The position numbers were made by a program, and so were the translations under genes. The notes under the pieces are model-generated. The model saw only the letters and a list, made by a program, of their open reading frames with translations. It did not search any database and was not told the origin of the DNA. A stretch of DNA of 64,000 bases from the NCBI GenBank assembly GCA_965202785.1, contig OZ241855.1:1056001-1120000 (forward strand), given 5' to 3'. The stretch is from Thermodesulfobacteriota bacterium (lineage in GTDB: Bacteria; Desulfobacterota_D; UBA1144; Nemesobacterales; Nemesobacteraceae). This document shows positions 47,506 through 57,863 of this stretch, piece by piece (the stretch's first letter is position 1; every line of letters begins with the position of its first letter).

Positions 47506-47762
47506 CATCTGCCAAAATGTTTGAGCGGGTGGTCGTGCACTGAGCCTCGAAATCTATTCATCGATGTATTTAAGCTCTGTCACATATTGTCGATACGGCA
47601 ATTCAATTACGTCTTTTCACGACTTTCTCTATAACCTGAGCAATTTACCGATAAAGTCCGCGTTTTGTTCTGGAAGACATGGATTTATTCATGTAAAATA
47701 CTGATCTAACCGGTTTATCCTGCAAGTATTCTTTTTCTTTCCTCCGGAGGGTTTTTTCAGGA

Positions 47763-50195
47763 ATGGACACTTCATCCAGAGTGCAGACTGTAAACATTGA
47801 AGATGAGATGAAGGAGTCCTATCTCAGCTACTCAATGAGCGTGATAGTCGGAAGGGCTCTTCCCGACGTACGCGACGGACTCAAGCCCGTTCACAGGAGA
47901 ATTCTCTACGGGATGAACGAGGTCGGAAACGTTTGGAATCGACCCTACAAGAAATCCGCCAGAGTGGTTGGGGACGTCATGGGTAAATACCATCCTCACG
48001 GGGACTCTGCGATCTACGACTCCCTTGTCCGGATGGCCCAGGATTTCTCGATGAGGATTCCGCTTGTCGACGGACAGGGCAACTTCGGTTCCGTTGACGG
48101 GGACAGTCCGGCGGCCATGCGCTACACGGAAGTAAGGCTCTCTAGGATCTCTTCAGAGATGCTTGAGGATCTGGATAAGGAAACAGTCGAGTTTTATCCC
48201 AACTACGACGGGGGAGAACTTGAGCCAAGCGTACTGCCGACCAAGGTGCCCAACCTGCTTCTAAACGGTTCTTCGGGAATCGCGGTGGGCATGGCGACCA
48301 ATATTCCTCCTCATAACTTGGGGGAGCTTCTTGACGCCGTGGTGGCCCAGATACGCGACCCCCAAATCACCGTGGACAGGCTTATTGAAATCATGCCGGG
48401 ACCGGATTTTCCCACGGGGGGATTCGTAAGCGGCAGGGACGACATCCGCACCGCCTACGCCACCGGCCGCGGAATAGTCAGGATGAGGGCCAGGGTTCGC
48501 ATAGAGAAGCAGAAAAAAGGGGACAGGGATGTGATAATCGTCACTGAGCTTCCCTACCAGGTTAACAAGGCGCGGCTGGCCCAGAAAATCGCCGAACTTG
48601 TGAGGGAGGAAAAGATAAAGGGCATTTCCGACATAAGGGATGAATCCGACAGGGAGGGAATAAGGCTTGTTATCGACGTGAAAAGCGGAGAACACGCCCA
48701 GGTGGTTTTAAACCAGCTCTACAAGCATACTCAGATGTACACTTCTTTCGGCATCATAATGCTCGCGCTTGTGAGAAACCAGCCAAAGGTTCTTAGCCTA
48801 AAGGAACTCCTTGCCCACTTCGTAGAGCACAGAAAGGAAGTTATTACCCGCAGAACCCAGTACGAGCTTAGAAAGGCCGAAGAGCGCCTCCATATCCTTG
48901 AAGGGTTCAAGATCGCTCTTGATAACCTCGATGAGATCGTGGAACTCATAAAGGGTTCCGAGAGCCCCGCGGCCGCGAAAGCTGGTCTTGTGCGGACGTT
49001 TGCGCTTTCTGAGCGCCAGGCCCAAGCCATTCTGGAGATGCGTCTTCAGAGACTCACGGCGCTTGAGAGGGACAAGATACTTGAAGAAAGACGAGAGCTT
49101 ATAGCAACCGTGGCGAAGCTTAAGGAGATACTGGGGAGCGAGAAGCTAATACTCGATCTTGCGGTGGAGGAACTCACCGAGCTTAGAGAGAAATTCGGGG
49201 ATGAGAGAAGAACTGAAATTGTCGAGGATGTGGGAGAGATATCTATCGAGGACCTTATAACTGACGAGGAGATGGTGGTTACCACCACCTACGGGGGTTA
49301 CATAAAGAGCATCCCGCTTAGCGTTTACAGGAACCAGAGAAGGGGAGGCAGGGGAAGAACCGGAATGAGCACAAGGGATACCGATTTCGTTAACGACCTG
49401 TTCACGGCGTCAAGACACAACAGCATTCTGTTTTTCTCAAGCTTCGGAAGATGCTACTGGCTTAAGGTTTATCAGGTGCCGGAGTCTTCCCCGGCGGCGC
49501 GCGGAAGAGCCATGGTGAACCTGCTCAACCTTGACAAGGGGGAGAAGGTGGCGGCCGTGCTGCCCGTAAAGGACTTCTCGGACGATGTCTCCATAGTCAT
49601 GGCTACTCGAAACGGAATCGTCAAGAAAACGAAGCTCAAGGCGTATTCAAATCCCCGCGTGGGGGGAATAATCGCCCTTAACATACTCAAGGGAGATGAG
49701 CTTGTGGGGGCAGAGCTTGCGTCTGAAGAAGACGAGGTACTTCTCACGTCAAGGGGCGGGCAGGCGATCAGGTTCAAGGGCACTGACGTAAGGAACATGG
49801 GCAGGGTCTCGACTGGAGTCAAGGGCATAAATCTCAGAAAAGGTGACGAGGTAGTGAGCCTTGAGGTCATAAAGAACCAGAATGCGCAGATACTTACCAT
49901 AACGGAAATGGGCTACGGCAAGCGCACCAGCATCTCCGAGTACAGACTTACGAGGAGAGGAGGAGTGGGGGTAAAGACCGTCAATATAACCGAGAAAAAC
50001 GGAGATGTAGTCGGAGCGTTTCAGGTGGATGACGACACGGAAATCATGATTATAAGCGACCAGGCGGGGAAACTTATAAGAACGAGCGTTTCCGAGATAC
50101 GCAACACGGGGCGGGCCGCCGTTGGGGTAAAAGTCATAAACCTTGAGCCTGACGAACTCGTGGCCGCGGTCGCAAAGGTCGCGGAGGGGGACTGA
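47763..50195 (+). CDS. gyrA: DNA gyrase subunit A
   Basis: [16 protein letters not shown], GyrA box QRRGGRG, C-terminal pinwheel. Confidence 0.98.
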   Translation: MDTSSRVQTVNIEDEMKESYLSYSMSVIVGRALPDVRDGLKPVHRRILYGMNEVGNVWNRPYKKSARVVGDVMGKYHPHGDSAIYDSLVRMAQDFSMRIPLVDGQGNFGSVDGDSPAAMRYTEVRLSRISSEMLEDLDKETVEFYPNYDGGELEPSVLPTKVPNLLLNGSSGIAVGMATNIPPHNLGELLDAVVAQIRDPQITVDRLIEIMPGPDFPTGGFVSGRDDIRTAYATGRGIVRMRARVRIEKQKKGDRDVIIVTELPYQVNKARLAQKIAELVREEKIKGISDIRDESDREGIRLVIDVKSGEHAQVVLNQLYKHTQMYTSFGIIMLALVRNQPKVLSLKELLAHFVEHRKEVITRRTQYELRKAEERLHILEGFKIALDNLDEIVELIKGSESPAAAKAGLVRTFALSERQAQAILEMRLQRLTALERDKILEERRELIATVAKLKEILGSEKLILDLAVEELTELREKFGDERRTEIVEDVGEISIEDLITDEEMVVTTTYGGYIKSIPLSVYRNQRRGGRGRTGMSTRDTDFVNDLFTASRHNSILFFSSFGRCYWLKVYQVPESSPAARGRAMVNLLNLDKGEKVAAVLPVKDFSDDVSIVMATRNGIVKKTKLKAYSNPRVGGIIALNILKGDELVGAELASEEDEVLLTSRGGQAIRFKGTDVRNMGRVSTGVKGINLRKGDEVVSLEVIKNQNAQILTITEMGYGKRTSISEYRLTRRGGVGVKTVNITEKNGDVVGAFQVDDDTEIMIISDQAGKLIRTSVSEIRNTGRAAVGVKVINLEPDELVAAVAKVAEGD

Positions 50196-50689
50196 TGATA
50201 AAGGAAGTCGAAAATGTGTTCTCCGGTTTTCCGGGTTATAACTGCTTTGCCTGCGCTCCGCACAACGAGTACGGTCTCCGCCTTAAGTTTTTTCATGATC
50301 AGGAAACCGGCGAGGTGTTCACTACCGTCTCTGCCGAAGAGCACTTCTGCGGCTGGCCGGGGATAGTGCACGGGGGAGTGCAGTGCGCCCTTGTCGACGA
50401 GGTTTCTTTCTGGGCAATGTTCAATGAAACCCGTAAGATTGCCCTTACGGCGAGAATAGACATGGTTTATATGAAGAAGGTCCCAAGCGGCACAACGCTT
50501 GACGTGAGAGCCAAGATAAGGGAAATAAGAGGAAGGTGGATCGAGGTCGATTCGGTCATAAAGGATGAGGACGGAACCGAACTGGCAAGCGCCACAGTGA
50601 CCTACGTCTCTCCCCGAAAGGAAGTTCTGCGTGAGATATTCGGCCTCGAGTGCCTGAGCGAAGAATTCCTGCAATACGTGATGGATTAA
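50195..50689 (+). CDS. PaaI/hotdog-fold thioesterase
   Basis: CFACAPHN..GL, GWPGIVHGG...LVDE. Confidence 0.88.
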   Translation: MIKEVENVFSGFPGYNCFACAPHNEYGLRLKFFHDQETGEVFTTVSAEEHFCGWPGIVHGGVQCALVDEVSFWAMFNETRKIALTARIDMVYMKKVPSGTTLDVRAKIREIRGRWIEVDSVIKDEDGTELASATVTYVSPRKEVLREIFGLECLSEEFLQYVMD

Positions 50690-50691
50690 AG

Positions 50692-51297
50692 ATGATAAAA
50701 CTGTATGAACATCCGCTTTCTGGAAACGCTTACAAGGCGAAGCTTCTCCTGCACCAGCTCTCAGTCGAATATGAGGGAGTAACGGTGGACATATTCGCGG
50801 GAGAACATAAGAAGGAGGAATTCTCCGCGCTTAATCCTAACTGCAAGATCCCGGTTCTTGCGGACGGGAATTTCGTCATGTGGGAATCAAACGCGATACT
50901 TTTCTATCTGGCAAAAAAGTTCTCTCCGAACCCCTACCTGTCAGACGATCCGGAGACCTACGGTCGGATTGCGCAGTGGACTTTTTTCGGAAAGACAACT
51001 ATAGATCCAAACTTGGCGCTCGCGAGGTACTTCGCGAAGTTTCTGCCCCCAGACCAGGTGCCGCCGGGGACGATGGAAAAGCTTCACGCGCAGGGAAACG
51101 TAGCGCTCTCAATTCTTGAAGACCACCTTTCCCGAACCGAGTTTCTCTGCGGGAGCTACTCAATAGCCGACATCGCGTGCTATCCCTACACGATGCTTTG
51201 CGGCGAAGGAGGGTTTGACCTCGAGATTTATCCGTCGGTCAGAAGATGGTGCAAGAGCGTCGAGGAAACTCCGAACTTCATTGCTTTTGCCGGTTAG
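50692..51297 (+). CDS. Glutathione S-transferase family protein
   Basis: SGNAYK, LNPNCKIPVL, WESNAIL, SIADIA. Confidence 0.93.
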   Translation: MIKLYEHPLSGNAYKAKLLLHQLSVEYEGVTVDIFAGEHKKEEFSALNPNCKIPVLADGNFVMWESNAILFYLAKKFSPNPYLSDDPETYGRIAQWTFFGKTTIDPNLALARYFAKFLPPDQVPPGTMEKLHAQGNVALSILEDHLSRTEFLCGSYSIADIACYPYTMLCGEGGFDLEIYPSVRRWCKSVEETPNFIAFAG

Positions 51298-51312
51298 TGC
51301 CGGGCGTATTTT

Positions 51313-52050
51313 ATGGAAAAGGAAGTCGAGCTTTTTTTGGAACTGCTGGAGAAGACCCAAGGAGGGGTTGCCTTCACGGGAGCCGGAATAAGCACCGAAT
51401 CCGGAATACCTGACTACCGCTCCCCCGGGACCGGTATGTGGGAGAAAATGGACCAGTCGGTGGTCTCACTTTCCGGGTTTTTGAGAAACCCCGAGAATTA
51501 CTATTCGTACGCCATGGAATCCTATCCTGTGAGAGCGGCTGCCGAACCCAACGCGGGCCATTATGCGCTTGCGCGTCTTGAGAGAAAGGGCTGGCTCAGT
51601 GGCGTTATAACGCAGAACGTGGATGGCCTCCACACAAAGGCGGGTTCTGAGAACGTGTCTGAGCTCCACGGTTCCGTAAGTCGGGTCGTTTGCCTACAGT
51701 GCCGGGAATACTATCCGATGGCTGACACGATGAGCAGGGTTGCCGGAGGGGAAAATCCTCCTCTCTGCCTGCAGTGCGGGGGGATTCTGAAGCCCGACGC
51801 CGTTTTTTTCGGAGAGGCCCTTCCCGAAGAGCCATGGGAGAAATCGATTGATCTCGTTTCAGACTCCGAGGTTCTCATCGTCATGGGCTCTTCACTTCTT
51901 GTCGCCCCGGCAAGCGGACTTCCCCGTCTTGCTCTTTCCAAGGGGGCCGCGCTTGTGATCATAAATCTGATGGAGACTCCTTTTGACGACGAGGCTGATA
52001 TGGTGATCCGCCGGAAAATCGGCGAGTTTTTCGAAGAGACCGGAATATGA
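51313..52050 (+). CDS. cobB: NAD-dependent protein deacylase (sirtuin)
   Basis: TGAGISTESGIPDYR, TQNVDGLH, HGS, two CxxC. Confidence 0.93.
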   Translation: MEKEVELFLELLEKTQGGVAFTGAGISTESGIPDYRSPGTGMWEKMDQSVVSLSGFLRNPENYYSYAMESYPVRAAAEPNAGHYALARLERKGWLSGVITQNVDGLHTKAGSENVSELHGSVSRVVCLQCREYYPMADTMSRVAGGENPPLCLQCGGILKPDAVFFGEALPEEPWEKSIDLVSDSEVLIVMGSSLLVAPASGLPRLALSKGAALVIINLMETPFDDEADMVIRRKIGEFFEETGI

Positions 52051-52068
52051 ACGGAGCAGTGTGGGGAA

Positions 52069-52145
52069 TGGAGCGGGAAACGGGATTCGAACCCGCGACC
52101 TTCTCCTTGGCAAGGAGACGCTCTAGCCAACTGAGCTATTCCCGC
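52069..52145 (-). tRNA. tRNA-Gly(GCC)
   Basis: Reverse complement GCGGGAATAGCTCAG...TTGCCAA...TTCCCGCTCCA. Confidence 0.96.
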
Positions 52146-52230
52146 AATGAAAGTGAACTGAAAACATATCAAGAGCCTCCTTTGTTGTCAAATAGGATGG
52201 ATTTTCGTATTTGGGTACAATAGAACCGCC

Positions 52231-53370
52231 ATGAGTGAGCAGGAGAGAAAAAATCTCATTGAAAAGGTAAAGACCGCCGTCGTCAAGATAGGAAGCAGTG
52301 TGCTTACCCACGACGACGGGTCCCTTAACGAATCCGTTTTTAAGGAGATAGCTAAGCAGGTCTTTAACCTTAAGCAGAGGGGAGTGAGGACAATCATAGT
52401 TTCCTCGGGAGCCATAGCGTCGGGGATGAAGAAACTGGGTCTTTCGAGCAAACCCATAGAGATAGACGTAAAACAGGCGATTTCCGCCTGCGGTCAGACC
52501 GAGCTTATCAGGAATTACGAAGAGGCTTTTTCCGAGTTCGGCCTTAATGTCGCGCAGCTTCTCCTTACCCGTGACGGGTTCTCCGACAGGAAAAGGTTTC
52601 TTAACTCTAGAAAAACCATCCGGCGGCTGCTTGAGATGGAGATAATCCCCGTCATAAACGAAAACGACACGGTTGCTTTTGAGGAGATCATGTTCGGGGA
52701 TAACGACAATCTCGCGGCGCTTGTGATTTCTCTTACGGAGGCGGATATTCTTGTGCTGCTAAGCAACGTGGAGGGGTTCTTCGACAAGGATCCGGCGAAA
52801 GACGAAAACGCCAAGCTGCTTTCCACAATCGCGGAGATAGATTCGAGAATAGAGTCCTTTGCCGGAGACACTTTCGGCAAAACCACTTCCGGGGGAATGA
52901 GAACCAAGGTCCAGGCGGCAAGATCCGCCGCCGCCTTTGGGGTGCCCACCATAATTGCGAACGGGAAAAGAAAAGATTCTCTTCTGAGCATCTTTAGCGG
53001 CCACGAGTACGGAACCGTGATACTTCCGACGAAAGAAAGACTCACAGGAAAAAAACACTGGATTGCCTATACGCTTAAGCCTCAAGGGAAACTTATACTG
53101 GACGAGGGTGCGGCCGATGCTATTACCAAAAAAGGCAGAAGTCTTCTTCCTTCGGGTATAAAGGAAGTTCAGGGGGAATTCGAGATAGGAGAGCTTGTGA
53201 GCTGCTTTAATCCCTCTGAGGTTGAGATATCAAGAGGGCTTTGTTCCTACGGTTCTTCAGAGGTGAGGAAGATTCTCGGAAAGAAATCATCTGAAATAGA
53301 GAAGGTCCTAGGGTACAGATACAGCGACGAGATAATCCATCGAAACGAGATGGTGATACTTTCCAGATGA
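52231..53370 (+). CDS. proB: Glutamate 5-kinase with PUA domain
   Basis: VVKIGSSVL, VSSGA, INENDTV, FGDNDNL, GGMRTK. Confidence 0.96.
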   Translation: MSEQERKNLIEKVKTAVVKIGSSVLTHDDGSLNESVFKEIAKQVFNLKQRGVRTIIVSSGAIASGMKKLGLSSKPIEIDVKQAISACGQTELIRNYEEAFSEFGLNVAQLLLTRDGFSDRKRFLNSRKTIRRLLEMEIIPVINENDTVAFEEIMFGDNDNLAALVISLTEADILVLLSNVEGFFDKDPAKDENAKLLSTIAEIDSRIESFAGDTFGKTTSGGMRTKVQAARSAAAFGVPTIIANGKRKDSLLSIFSGHEYGTVILPTKERLTGKKHWIAYTLKPQGKLILDEGAADAITKKGRSLLPSGIKEVQGEFEIGELVSCFNPSEVEISRGLCSYGSSEVRKILGKKSSEIEKVLGYRYSDEIIHRNEMVILSR

Positions 53371-54368
53371 GTGAGACTCGTGGATTTAACCGTTTCTCAA
53401 AGGGATTAGCGCTTTTTGTTTTCGCTTTGTTGGTTTTGTCTGCCTGGTTTTATTTCCTAGACGGTTTTTCAACTGAGACAAAAATTGTTGACATACCGCA
53501 AGGCCTTGGCCTGTCCGCTATAGCGGAGAAGCTTGAAGGGGAGGGAGTGATAAGAAAAGCTGAGATTCTTTTTCTTTCGGCTTTTTTAAGCGGAACCCAT
53601 CGGAAGCTTAAGTACGGCGAATACGTGTTTTCGGCCGGCGAGGCGCCTTATACTGTTCATAGAAAACTGCGTCGCGGCGAAGTGTCTTTAAGGAAAGTTA
53701 CTTTTCCCGAAGGGATTACTCTTGTGCAGATGGCCGGGATTCTCGATGCCTCGCAGATAGTTTCCCGGGAAGAGTTTCTCGCGCTTGCGGAAAACGGTGA
53801 ATATTCCACGAAAAAACTTGGCGTGGACGTTTCGAGTCTTGAGGGGTTTCTTTTTCCCGACACTTATTTCTTCGCACCTGGTTGCTCCGCGGAAAAGGTA
53901 ATTGAAACGATGCTCGACAGGTTTCGGGAAGCTTGTGTGACGCTTGGTATCGCAAGTATGCAACCCGATATCAAGGAGATTGTGACCGTCGCCTCACTGA
54001 TAGAAAAAGAAACGGCTTTTTCCCCCGAGAGGCCTCTTGTATCCGCCGTAATACGCAACCGGCTTCGCAAAGAGATGAAGCTTGAGTTCGACCCGACGGT
54101 GATTTACGCTCTTGGGGAGAAATTCGACGGCAATATTAGAAAAAAAGATCTGAGTTTTCCTTCTCCCTATAATACCTACGTGGTTTCGGGACTCCCTCCG
54201 GGTCCGATAGCGGCTCCCGGTCTTGATTCAATCCGCGCGGCACTCGAGCCGGCGGATGTTGACTATCTTTACTTCGTTTCAAACGGAGACGGGGTCCATG
54301 TTTTCTCAAGCACATATGGGGACCATCAGAATGCCGTGAAAAGGCTTCTAAAAAAGGAAAAACAGTGA
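53367..54368 (+). CDS. mltG: Endolytic transglycosylase
   Basis: LEGFLFPDTY, ASLIEKE, DPTVIY, SPYNTY..GLPPGPI. Confidence 0.94.
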   Translation: MSETRGFNRFSKGLALFVFALLVLSAWFYFLDGFSTETKIVDIPQGLGLSAIAEKLEGEGVIRKAEILFLSAFLSGTHRKLKYGEYVFSAGEAPYTVHRKLRRGEVSLRKVTFPEGITLVQMAGILDASQIVSREEFLALAENGEYSTKKLGVDVSSLEGFLFPDTYFFAPGCSAEKVIETMLDRFREACVTLGIASMQPDIKEIVTVASLIEKETAFSPERPLVSAVIRNRLRKEMKLEFDPTVIYALGEKFDGNIRKKDLSFPSPYNTYVVSGLPPGPIAAPGLDSIRAALEPADVDYLYFVSNGDGVHVFSSTYGDHQNAVKRLLKKEKQ

Positions 54369-54402
54369 CGTTATGCGTCCGGAGCACCTTTGATCAGGTG
54401 CG

Positions 54403-55554
54403 CTAGAACTCTCCCCTGAACGCCTTTGCGAAGCCGTCATGCTGCGACCTGGCAATCTTTTCCTGCTCGGCCTGCAGGTAAGCCCGGTCCTTTCTCTCTA
54501 TACGTATTATGTCGTCCCGGCCCTTGGATGCCATGAACTGTGTTCCGACCGTTTCCTTTGAGATTATTTCAAGTATTGGCGGGTAGTTTTTCGATCCGAT
54601 GAATATGGAGTGTATGCAGACGCCTATGCTCTTTGCGCGCACTCTCTGCGCTTCGACATTGGGATCGCCGGAAGTTGGAATCCCATCGGTTATAAAGAGT
54701 ATGTGCTTGTTCCTGAGCCCTCTGCCCCGGAACTCCTTAAGGGCTGCTCCCAGCGCTTCTTCGTAGTTGGTATTGCCGGAGCAGTCTGTGCTCTCCGCCA
54801 GCTTTTCTATCCACCTGTAGTCCCTGGTGAAAAAACGGGAGTTCTTCGTGTGTTTTCTTGAACGGTGGTTAAATTCCAGATAGCCGATTCTCATTCTCTT
54901 TTTTCTCGCGAGCTCTATTACTCCCTTTACTACGGATGAAGACCACTCGCTGTAAACTCCCATCATCGAAGTGCTTACATCCCTCAGGATGGCTATTTCT
55001 CCTCCGAGCGTCTCTTTTTCGCGAAGGTGAACCCGTGGCAGCTTGGGAGAGGTGTGCTGTGACCATATAAACGCCTCTACGGGGTCTATATCCTCGACCT
55101 CATCAAAGGTGGACATACGTTTCCATTTCCTGGGGGAACCTCCTGGGTGGGAGGTTTTCTTGGCCATGCTTTTCTGGAAATTGCCCTCAAGGACTCTCAT
55201 GATGCGTTTTATGTTCTCGGCAGTTTCCGTATTTCCCCTTCCAGGGATGACAGTATCGTCGTCTTCTCCGGCCTTGGTGGATTTGCTGCTCATGTATGCG
55301 CGCGCGGATTTGTCCTCTCTTTCCGTGTTTCCGCTGTCCTGGGGATTTCCGGTGGGGTCGCTCGGCACGTCCTGGCCTTCCGGAGGAGCCATTTCGTTCT
55401 GGTTGTCAAGGTTCTGCTTTAGATCCTTGAGCGCGTCGAAGAAGGTTTTCTGGGCCTCGGCAAGCGGATTCTCGGTTTCCTTGTCCGCTTCCTCGTCGGG
55501 GATTTCCCCCTTGGGTTCCTGAGAGAAATCCTGGTCGAATTCCGAATCAGGCAT
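54403..55554 (-). CDS. VWA domain protein; probably the C-terminal part of a frameshift fusion with the upstream AAA+ ATPase
   Basis: MIDAS DVSTSM, GNTN, ITDG; N-terminal acidic/Pro-rich linker. Confidence 0.88.
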   Translation of the reverse strand: MPDSEFDQDFSQEPKGEIPDEEADKETENPLAEAQKTFFDALKDLKQNLDNQNEMAPPEGQDVPSDPTGNPQDSGNTEREDKSARAYMSSKSTKAGEDDDTVIPGRGNTETAENIKRIMRVLEGNFQKSMAKKTSHPGGSPRKWKRMSTFDEVEDIDPVEAFIWSQHTSPKLPRVHLREKETLGGEIAILRDVSTSMMGVYSEWSSSVVKGVIELARKKRMRIGYLEFNHRSRKHTKNSRFFTRDYRWIEKLAESTDCSGNTNYEEALGAALKEFRGRGLRNKHILFITDGIPTSGDPNVEAQRVRAKSIGVCIHSIFIGSKNYPPILEIISKETVGTQFMASKGRDDIIRIERKDRAYLQAEQEKIARSQHDGFAKAFRGEF

Positions 55555-55571
55555 CTGATCCGGGTCCGGGG

Positions 55572-56528
55572 TCAGCTTGTCATCTGGCTTTTTTTTTTAT
55601 CCTGAACTATATTCCGAAGAATATTGTCCATCTGTTCGTAGACGTCGGGGGGAACTCTGAAAGCAGTCATGTATCTTAAGACGTCAAGGTCTTCTTTCGA
55701 GCATACATCCCTTTCGTTAAGAAGAGCGTGGGAGCGGATAAGCTTGAGCGCTTTTACAAAAAACGTCCTGTCTGTAATAAGCGAGTTGGTCTCGTTAAGC
55801 CCGAAGTCCTCGATCATTATGGTTGCGAAATTCGCAAGACCTTCCTGCACATCGGGTGGAATCAGGATTTTTTCAAGGGTTTTGTAGCTTTTGTCGAAAA
55901 GCTTTTTGCTTACCCTTTTCGGTATTTTTTCTTCAAACGGCTTCTCGGCGTAAAGCTCGATGACTTTCTTGGCTTCATCCCATTTTCTACCGTAGGAAAT
56001 TCCAAGGGCTTTCACCTGAAGAATGAACCGATCGAGGTTTGCCGGATCAAGGGGTTCGTTATAGTACTCATCCGCGGTGGGATTGCTTGTCGCTATGGCT
56101 GTCAGAAGGGGAATGGGCTCGCTGAAGAATTTTCTTTCGTTAAGTATTCGAAGAAGTATGTTGAGCGATTCCCCGGGCGCGCGCGATATGTCGTCTAAAA
56201 GGCAGATCTCAGACGTCAGTATGCCGCCCTTTATAATATCCTGCTTTATCCTTTCTCCGAGTTCGGTGTCTTCCTTGATTATGGTCAGGTCCCCGACAAG
56301 TTCCGAGAGCCTGGTGTCTCTGTGAAGCTGGTAGAAAAAGAAGTTAAGCTGGGCTGCCTTGGAAACGATTTCCGAAAGCATAGTCTTCGCCGTACCCGGA
56401 GGACCTTCAATGTAGATGTGTTCTCTTGAGATTATTCCGAGAAGAAGGGCGGTTTTTACCTCGTCGTGTCCGACGACATGCTTATCCATTTCTTCCCGAA
56501 GGGACGCAAAAGGGTTAGCGGGGTTCAT
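55572..56528 (-). CDS. MoxR-family AAA+ ATPase (RavA-like)
   Basis: GPPGTAKT, CLLDDISRA, LNILLRILNER, ATSNP, ANLDRF. Confidence 0.9.
   Translation of the reverse strand: MNPANPFASLREEMDKHVVGHDEVKTALLLGIISREHIYIEGPPGTAKTMLSEIVSKAAQLNFFFYQLHRDTRLSELVGDLTIIKEDTELGERIKQDIIKGGILTSEICLLDDISRAPGESLNILLRILNERKFFSEPIPLLTAIATSNPTADEYYNEPLDPANLDRFILQVKALGISYGRKWDEAKKVIELYAEKPFEEKIPKRVSKKLFDKSYKTLEKILIPPDVQEGLANFATIMIEDFGLNETNSLITDRTFFVKALKLIRSHALLNERDVCSKEDLDVLRYMTAFRVPPDVYEQMDNILRNIVQDKKKSQMTS
55589..55598 (-). other. A10 slippery run linking the AAA+ ORF to the VWA ORF in the -1 frame
   Basis: Minus strand GAT AAA AAA AAA AGC; -1 frame open into the VWA ORF. Confidence 0.7.
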
Positions 56529-56773
56529 TCATCCACTCCTGAAAAAGGCAATGAGCGTTATTATTACATAAAGGGATATTTTTTTCAATCTGTTTCGGTG
56601 TGCACGGGTACTGGAGGTTTTGACGGGCTTGGCGCGAGAAAAGCCACGGGAACGTTTTCACATGGGGCCTCGAGCTGGCGGTTCTTTCCTGAATGCCGCA
56701 CAAGTCGTTAAAAAAGCAAGCACTTTCTAGTGCAAAGCCGAGAGGCTTTCCAGGACAGATGGACGGGAGCCGA

Positions 56774-57604
56774 TCAGAAGTATAAAACCGCTTTTACTGA
56801 AAAACCGGTTTCGCTTCCGTCAAGCGATATGGGGACCTTGACGTTAAAATCCCCAAAAGTTTCCCGGTCTTCTTTTCCGTACTGCGTGTGGCGTACCTCG
56901 CCCCGGATTCCTATCTTGTCCCCGATCATCTTCTCAAGTCCCCCTCCCGCTGTCCACGCATAGAAGGTCTCGTCGTAGGAATTGGTGCCTGAGATAAACT
57001 CTTCAGGATTGGTGCAAATCGCATCGCCGGTCGGGCAGCCGTTATAATCAACATTTAACTCCGCGTCCACGCGGCGCACGCCGCCAAGGGCGTAGATGCC
57101 CGCTCCTGGGCCCAGAAGCGAAACCAGAAACGGGGGGCTTGCGCCGAACATCAACGTTACACCGTAGCTGTTTCCTCTCTCAACGCTCCACTCATCGGGC
57201 CAGGCTTCTCCGTACTGGTTTCGTCCCTCGGACTCTCCGTCTCCGGGAAGTGTTCCGCTTGCCGTGCCGCTGTGGAACTGTCCGTCAATCTCGATGCCTA
57301 AATAGAAGGTGTCGCTTGGATCGAGATTAAGGCGGTAGCCGACAAGAAGCCCGCCGCTAAACCCCGTTTTGCTTGCCGAATCGTCGGTGTTGTAAACTTT
57401 TCCGCTCTTCAGAAAATTGGCCGGCACGTCAGTATTGTCAACGGTCTTCGCGTGTTCTATATTCACGTGTTCAATCCCACCCGAGGCGCCGATATAAAAA
57501 TTGCCGCTTTGTGCAGCCGCATTTCCGGAAACACCGAAAATCATCGCTGCCGCAATCATTAAAATCCAAAAAACTGGCTTCTGATTCTTAAGCGTTCTGT
57601 TCAT
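56774..57604 (-). CDS. Outer-membrane beta-barrel protein (OmpA/Omp25-like 8-stranded)
   Basis: Signal peptide, FYIGASGG, GYR, GGGLE, RGEVR, C-terminal YF. Confidence 0.8.
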   Translation of the reverse strand: MNRTLKNQKPVFWILMIAAAMIFGVSGNAAAQSGNFYIGASGGIEHVNIEHAKTVDNTDVPANFLKSGKVYNTDDSASKTGFSGGLLVGYRLNLDPSDTFYLGIEIDGQFHSGTASGTLPGDGESEGRNQYGEAWPDEWSVERGNSYGVTLMFGASPPFLVSLLGPGAGIYALGGVRRVDAELNVDYNGCPTGDAICTNPEEFISGTNSYDETFYAWTAGGGLEKMIGDKIGIRGEVRHTQYGKEDRETFGDFNVKVPISLDGSETGFSVKAVLYF

Positions 57605-57863
57605 GGTCTTTTCTCCTGATAGTCCTTATTACGAAGTTAAATCCTTATTCCAGAAGGAGTCTGAAGCTCTTCTTGTTCAATATTTATAGCTTGAAGAATA
57701 CACATTGTAAAATGAAGTGGTTGAGGGACTTGGGCGATGGTGCGTACTGCCGTCTCCCAGTGGAAACTCCGCTTGTGGGAAAAGCGGATATTACGGTTAT
57801 AATCTGCCTGCGAAGGCAGTTCTTTGCCGTTTTGCAGATTCTTTATCTCCGGGGCGCGACTTT

